Below, in pieces: positions 59,113-64,000 of a DNA stretch of 64,000 nucleotides; the first letter of the stretch is position 1, and the number at the start of each line of letters is the position of its first letter. Source of the stretch: a virus (taxonomy: Duplodnaviria > Caudoviricetes); IMG/VR virus record IMGVR_UViG_3300025713_000650, positions 64,001 through 128,000 of that record; one strand, 5' to 3'. The notes under the pieces were generated by a model. It was not told the origin of the DNA, did no database searches, and saw only the letters and a program-made list of their open reading frames with translations. Position numbers and translations under genes: made by a program.

Positions 59113-60429
59113 TTAATCATATGCAACAATCAAACGAACCATTTCTTTCCAAAAATCAGGATTTGCAACCCTAGCATCAATTGAATTTTTAAATGATCTA
59201 AAATCTAATTCAATTTCTTTTTTCTTAGATAAATCAATAATATAATTATAAACTTCCATTTTTAAATTTAATGGAACATCTGGTTGAATAAATTTTAACA
59301 TTTTTTGAATAGATTCTGACATTTCTTTTTGAGAAAATTTTACTTCAATTGCTGGTGCTCTACTTAATAAAGCTCTATTTATTTTTTCTTTTGGAATATT
59401 TGTAATAATAATTATTTTTCCAGTATGTTCAAACTTTTCAGGTGTTGAAGAAGCTACTTGTGCATCTGAACTCATTAATTTTTCTCTTGAAATTGATAAG
59501 ATTCTACGATCATATGAATCAGTTATTGCTTTTAACATATTGATTGTATCTTCATTGTTCAGTGGTGTATCAAAATCATCTAAAATTAAAATTTTGTCTT
59601 TATTTTTATATAACAAATCATAAATTGCAGCTATGCTTAATCCACCACCTTTTATAATATTATAATCTCTTATGGGTTTTAAATTTTTGAAGTGTAAAAC
59701 TCTTCTTAAGATATATGTTTTAGATGTTCCTGGAGGACCACAAATAATTGCAGCTGGTGTCTTACCTTCGATAACTCTTATAATAAAATGTTGTAGTTTT
59801 GAATAAATATTAAAAGCTGGTTCATCTTGTTTTTGACCTTTAAATAAATTTTGATTTATTTCTTCTTCTAATTTAGAGGCTTTATATGCTTCGATTTGAT
59901 TCCTAATTACTTTTATATAAAAAGATATTAAAATAAATAATGCCATAATAGTGGCTATTCCTGAAGAAATTGTTACAAACTTCAAGAAAAACATTTCCCA
60001 TTTTAAACTTTTTGTTTTAGATGAATCATATGAATCATTTTCATTCAAATATGATAAATATTTTTCTATTGTAGAGTTATTCTCTTTTATTTTTTTGAAT
60101 TTTTGATTAGTGAATTTTATAGCAATTGCTGATCTAGAAATAAATTGTAATAATTTATCTTCAGGTAATCCTGGTTTTAATTCTATAACAGCACATCTTG
60201 ATTGATCTTTATTAAAAATATCAATACTGTTTAAATCTTTAAAAGATTTACTTTTTGAAGTAAAACGAATACATAAAGGAATTTTTGAAAATCTTTTATT
60301 AAAAATATAATATCTAATACCATAAACTTTATCACCAGATTTTGTTTGTAATTGTTCAATTCCTGGAACTTTATTTATTTTATCTATATTTTTTATTGAA
60401 TGTTTATTCAAATTTTTTAAAACATTCAT
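59113..60429 (-). CDS. P-loop (AAA-like) ATPase with a predicted transmembrane helix
   Basis: FVTISSGIATIMALFILISFYI hydrophobic run, ICGPPGTSKT, ILDDFD, IITN, ALLSR. Confidence 0.8.
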   Translation of the reverse strand: MNVLKNLNKHSIKNIDKINKVPGIEQLQTKSGDKVYGIRYYIFNKRFSKIPLCIRFTSKSKSFKDLNSIDIFNKDQSRCAVIELKPGLPEDKLLQFISRSAIAIKFTNQKFKKIKENNSTIEKYLSYLNENDSYDSSKTKSLKWEMFFLKFVTISSGIATIMALFILISFYIKVIRNQIEAYKASKLEEEINQNLFKGQKQDEPAFNIYSKLQHFIIRVIEGKTPAAIICGPPGTSKTYILRRVLHFKNLKPIRDYNIIKGGGLSIAAIYDLLYKNKDKILILDDFDTPLNNEDTINMLKAITDSYDRRILSISREKLMSSDAQVASSTPEKFEHTGKIIIITNIPKEKINRALLSRAPAIEVKFSQKEMSESIQKMLKFIQPDVPLNLKMEVYNYIIDLSKKKEIELDFRSFKNSIDARVANPDFWKEMVRLIVAYD

Positions 60430-60442
60430 TTATTAAAAACTC

Positions 60443-60778
60443 CTATAAAAATTTTTTAAGTAATTTTTGTTTCATTTCTTTTTCTAGTTTTATTATTAAT
60501 TCTTTCATTAACATTTTTGTCATTTCAATACATTTTTTATTATTTTTACACTGTTTAGAACTATTTCTTAAAAATCTTATTCCTTCCTTTAAACCTTGTA
60601 TTTTAGCTCTAGTTATACAATTTGAATATCTAATTTTGGATTTTGACGTTTTATCAATGATCATTTTTTGATAACACTTGTTTATTCTTACTTCAGTTTC
60701 TTTTTGAATTTTGGATATAGTGTTATTAAATATCTTTTTATATTTATCTTGAAAATTATCTAATTGTTTTTGATTCAT
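60443..60778 (-). CDS. Basic four-Cys hypothetical protein
   Basis: 111-aa ORF with C...C...C.....C pattern. Confidence 0.65.
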   Translation of the reverse strand: MNQKQLDNFQDKYKKIFNNTISKIQKETEVRINKCYQKMIIDKTSKSKIRYSNCITRAKIQGLKEGIRFLRNSSKQCKNNKKCIEMTKMLMKELIIKLEKEMKQKLLKKFL

Positions 60779-61274
60779 TATCGAACCTATTTTTAAAATT
60801 TTTTTCTAATTCAAAACACATTCTTGCTAATCCATATGCATCAGCAATATTATCATTATCAAATTCAATGCCAAATTTTTTATATATCTTTAATAACATT
60901 AAATTCTTTTTACATTTACCTGTACCTGTTATGAACTTTTTAAGTGATGTTGGAGAAATTGATTTATATTCAATATTATTATCCATTAACCACATTTTAA
61001 TTGAATAATTTAAAACAGCTTGTTGAACAATACTTTGACCTTTAGAATTAAATGAAACACCTTCAATATAAATAAATAATTTATTTTGACTATATTTACC
61101 CAATATAGAATTTAATTCATTAATAATATTTTTAACTCTAAATTCTATATCATATTCACTACCTGTTGGTTTAGTTGAAATTAATTGATTTTCAACAATA
61201 TTTATATTTTCATCTAAGATAATTAAACCTAATCCTATAAATGAGGCATCAATTCCACAAAAAAAATTGGGCAT
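60756..61274 (-). CDS. ruvC: RuvC-like Holliday junction resolvase
   Basis: CGIDAS, IYIEG, SPTSLKKFITGTG...K, DNIADAYGLA. Confidence 0.9.
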   Translation of the reverse strand: MPNFFCGIDASFIGLGLIILDENINIVENQLISTKPTGSEYDIEFRVKNIINELNSILGKYSQNKLFIYIEGVSFNSKGQSIVQQAVLNYSIKMWLMDNNIEYKSISPTSLKKFITGTGKCKKNLMLLKIYKKFGIEFDNDNIADAYGLARMCFELEKNFKNRFDNESKTIR

Positions 61275-61305
61275 ATTTAAATCCTTAAATACTTAAATTT
61301 AATTT

Positions 61306-61415
61306 TTGAACCTCTCCACCTTACGTTTCACTTAGAAGGTGGAGATTCTCGTTTCATCAACCTCGTAACCTACTATCTCCACGAGCCTCTTATATTCGGG
61401 TCGTTCCAACCCTAT
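61306..61415 (-). ncRNA. TnpB omega-RNA-like scaffold / element right end
   Basis: GGGTTGGAACGACCC hairpin immediately after the tnpB stop; terminal hairpin ending GTTCAA. Confidence 0.6.
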
Positions 61416-61421
61416 TTTATT

Positions 61422-61646
61422 TTAAGCTGTTAAGCCTAATTCTTTTAATCCTTGATTAAGTATATTTACTGCGGCATTTACATCTCTCTGGTGATTGGCA
61501 TTACACTTTGGACATATCCATTGCCTAACATTTAAGTCTTTAGTATCTGTATTTTTATATCCACATACATTACATGTTTGACTTGATGCATAGAACCTAT
61601 CTATTTTATGATATATCTTATCATGCCATACTGATTTATACTCAAT
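61422..61646 (-). pseudogene. tnpB: tnpB 3' fragment (Zn ribbon plus last RuvC motif); not in the ORF track
   Basis: IEYKSVWHDKIYHKIDRFYASSQTCNVCG...WICPKCNANHQRDVNAAVNILNQGL. Confidence 0.9.
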
Positions 61647-62412
61647 CTATAATAATATATTTTCTATTATCATTTTGAATTTCTCCATTATGTAATTTCT
61701 TTTTAAAAGTATTAAAACAACAATTAAGAGAATTTTTATTAGACTGATAAGCTTCTTTTATAGATTTAAATATTATACTTGTATCAACACATAAAACTTT
61801 TTTACTTAACCTTTCTGCATTTATTTCTTTGTTTTTATTTGATATTTTATTACCTTTCATAGATTGAGAAATTTTATTTTTTATTTCTTGTGTATGTTTA
61901 TGACCTTTATGCGATTCACTTAAATTAGTGATATGTTTTTCAGATAATGTTTTATCCTTATTAAAAGGAGTGTGACCATTTTTAAAACCAAAATTACTAT
62001 TTTTATTTGCTAACATTTTAACAGCTCTTGTTCTTGATAATTCTCTAAAATAATCGTCATTTTTATACTTGTTTTTCAAACCATCACTAATTTTTTGATT
62101 ATATGTGTTATTTTCTTCCTCAGTATACCCCTTTCTAACATTGCCACCATTTCCGCCTTCTGCGATATTATATCCATTTGGCCTAATAGAATTGAAAAAT
62201 TGTATATAATACTTTTCTTTCTCAACCAATTCTTCTTCTGAGTCGCATTTGTATATTGTTTCTTTAGTAAAATTTTCTCTTCCGTATTTTTTATATGCGT
62301 TTTTTAATATTTTACCAGAACCCTAATAATTATTAAAATTATTACCCTGATATTTGCCTATATATATTTTACCATTAATAGTATTTGTTATTTTATATAT
62401 TATCACAATCAT
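61642..62412 (-). pseudogene. GIY-YIG homing endonuclease with NUMOD3-like repeats, interrupted by an in-frame TAG at 62323-62325
   Basis: MIVIIYKITNTINGKIYIGK...NY*GSG...KYGRENF...EKYYI...NGYN; in frame with ORF 61642..62229. Confidence 0.88.
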
Positions 62413-62696
62413 ACACTCCTTAGTGAAATACTGTCAACCTCACGCAACCATTCGTATTGCTTTTTTAAATTGGTTAAATCATTTGCACAAACATTGTAAG
62501 TCATTGACTTTTGTTTTGTTTTATACAATTCAATTCTTTGTGCTAAATAATGATTATGTACAAATCTACAACAGCCGATAGTCTTATTGATTAACTCTGT
62601 TTGTTGTTTGTTTGGGTATATACGATACTTATATGCTTTTAATATAGTTTTCAAGTATTTCACCGCCTCTCTATTATTAATGCACTGTTTTGTCAA
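62409..62696 (-). pseudogene. tnpB: tnpB 5' fragment (HTH_OrfB_IS605); real start probably TTG near 62654
   Basis: LKAYKYRIYPNKQQ...IGCCRFVHNHYL...LKKQYEWLREVDSISL, then truncation. Confidence 0.9.
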
Positions 62697-62769
62697 CAGT
62701 CACCAATTCATCTCCCACTTTCGCTACGCTTAGAAGTGGGAGTGTTCTTGGCGATTAGGATAAATATTT

Positions 62770-62856
62770 GGCAAGAAAACCGCGATCCCTTTAGGGTAGC
62801 GGATGAATTGCCTACCCTTGTGTGCGAATGTATTGCTCAATGACACTCTTGCTTAC
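62770..62856 (-). mobile_element. tnpA: Remnant of a second IS200/IS605 element: tnpA C-terminal 14 codons plus end hairpin
   Basis: 62856-62812 reads VSKSVIEQYIRTQG* (Y1 transposase catalytic helix YIxxQ); adjacent gcaagaaaaccgc...gcggatgaattgc end motif. Confidence 0.7.
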
Positions 62857-63570
62857 CTATCCAACATCAATAACAATATTAACCATATTATTTTTTTCTA
62901 ATTTTTGAATAACTTCATCTCGTTTAGTTTTTCCTTCATCAAAAATATCACTATTAATTGGAATATCACCATATGGTGTTTTCAAAGTATCACCATATTT
63001 CTTTCTAATTCGACCAATTAAAATCATAATATCACCTAAAGCTAATTCTAAAAAAAGTCTCTGAAATTCATTTTTAATACCGCTAAAATCTGTCGGTTGT
63101 ATTGTTTCATATTCAATTGCAATATATTGATCTGTCGGATCAGGAGAAATTCTCACAATGTTTGGATGGAAAAATCTAAAAGTATAATTCCAATTTGAAT
63201 ATTGTTTTACCATCATAGAAACTTCTACACTAAGTGCCCATTGTGAGAGTTCTCCCATTGACATAACACCTATTGGCGGGTGACCATGAAAAAATAAATT
63301 TGATTGACCAAAATAAATATTTACAATATTTAAAATTTCTAGACCTTCATCATCAACTAAATAAAATTCATTTCTTTTGTTAGGAACTTTATTTGTTTCT
63401 AATTGAGTATTATATCCTATTGTTTTTATATGAGGACTATAATAACTAAACTCCTTTATTGTAAATTCTTTAATATATTCTAAAATTTCAGGATCTGAAA
63501 TTTCAATTTTATTATATGGAAATGCAAGATTCTTTTTTATATATGATAAAACAAGACTATCATTTAACAT
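62857..63570 (-). CDS. Neck / head-completion protein (T4 gp13-like)
   Basis: YIKKNLAFP...IEI....I, ELALG......IGRIRKKY.....P.G.I.IN...FDEGK pattern. Confidence 0.7.
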   Translation of the reverse strand: MLNDSLVLSYIKKNLAFPYNKIEISDPEILEYIKEFTIKEFSYYSPHIKTIGYNTQLETNKVPNKRNEFYLVDDEGLEILNIVNIYFGQSNLFFHGHPPIGVMSMGELSQWALSVEVSMMVKQYSNWNYTFRFFHPNIVRISPDPTDQYIAIEYETIQPTDFSGIKNEFQRLFLELALGDIMILIGRIRKKYGDTLKTPYGDIPINSDIFDEGKTKRDEVIQKLEKNNMVNIVIDVG

Positions 63571-63578
63571 TAAATTTT

Positions 63579-64000
63579 TTATCTCCTAAAATATATAACT
63601 TCTAATTCCTCTTGCAAATATATCCCTAATTTATTTAGAGCTGTTTTTAATGGTTGAATAGGTGATATTTTTTTATCATTTAAAATATTTCTAATATATT
63701 TTCTTCTTTCTAACATTTCAGTATTTAAACCATTATCTAAAAACTCAGAAATAATATTAAAATCAACCAATTTAAGATTGTTAGAAATTATTTTATTATT
63801 TCTTTCTTCATCAACGATTGTTTTTATATTTTTGTTCTTTATCAAATTAACATCTTGATTAAAAATATTACTTTCATTAATTACATTACTTCTTAAATTT
63901 TCAATTCCTCCAACCATTTTTACCATTTCTTCAATTATATCACATACTCGTTTTGGACCTATACCTTTAATACCATAAACATTATCTCCCATATCTCCAA
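63579..64000 (-). CDS. 5'-3' exonuclease / T4 RNase H-like protein (C-terminal part; start outside the window)
   Basis: GDMGDNVYGIKGIGPK H3TH motif, N.KLVDF. Confidence 0.85.
   Translation of the reverse strand, partial: GDMGDNVYGIKGIGPKRVCDIIEEMVKMVGGIENLRSNVINESNIFNQDVNLIKNKNIKTIVDEERNNKIISNNLKLVDFNIISEFLDNGLNTEMLERRKYIRNILNDKKISPIQPLKTALNKLGIYLQEELEVIYFRR

Larger units (their letters stand above)
61306..62762 (-). mobile_element. Degenerate IS200/IS605-family (tnpB-only) element carrying a GIY-YIG gene
   Basis: Left-end hairpin CTCCCACTT...AAGTGGGAGATGAATTG (62704-62750), tnpB 5' and 3' fragments, right-end hairpin CTCCACCTT...AAGGTGGAGAGGTTCAA. Confidence 0.85.

Noticed and set aside
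661-62581. All plus-strand ORFs in the track (e.g. 661..849, 20945..21277, 35818..36129, 60342..60671)
   Set aside because: Short, antisense to well-supported minus-strand genes, no recognisable motifs
61306-62762. Group I intron/IStron or translational bypass restoring TnpB
   Set aside because: The element is intergenic, no intron core is recognisable, and joining the fragments would still lack the central RuvC region
1-64000. Genome-wide TAG recoding (alternative genetic code)
   Set aside because: Long genes are intact under the standard code and TAG ends several genes cleanly (e.g. 15836, 19734, 26834, 44673); only one internal TAG was seen
1-64000. Bacterial chromosome origin, or tRNA/rRNA genes
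   Set aside because: Terminase, baseplate and neck genes are interleaved with divergent, duplicated RNAP genes and there is no ribosomal-protein context; no cloverleaf or rRNA-like segment was seen

Overview
A very AT-rich 64-kb segment of a jumbo (huge) tailed-phage genome. Essentially every real gene is on the minus strand, and the short plus-strand ORFs are shadows. It encodes myovirus-type structural and packaging genes: large terminase, probable tape measure, baseplate hub, gp5-like spike, gp53-like wedge and gp13-like neck. The replication/recombination set comprises SbcCD, an SF2 helicase, a two-subunit type II topoisomerase, RecA/UvsX, RuvC, an SSB-like protein, a Cas4-like nuclease, a 5'-3' exonuclease and a class II RNR with an HNH intein. 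Auxiliary genes include FolE2, QueD, a radical SAM enzyme, a methyltransferase, an acetyltransferase, an ATP-grasp protein, KhpA, MoxR/vWA and an RNA ligase. The most striking feature is two complete, unsplit beta'/beta multisubunit RNA polymerase pairs, both in beta'-then-beta order, one with a mini-intein in the trigger loop. Two distinct candidate phage promoter motifs accompany them (TCTATATATATTAATTA and GAACAAA). Other notable items: a 240-aa minimal family-B polymerase-like protein; an IS200/IS605 element whose TnpB core is replaced by a GIY-YIG endonuclease; an orphan TnpB omega-RNA-like scaffold with a 16-nt guide-position segment and terminator; and a tandem M48 peptidase family, one member fused to a LigD phosphoesterase domain. 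All calls are from motif recognition by eye; no searches were run.
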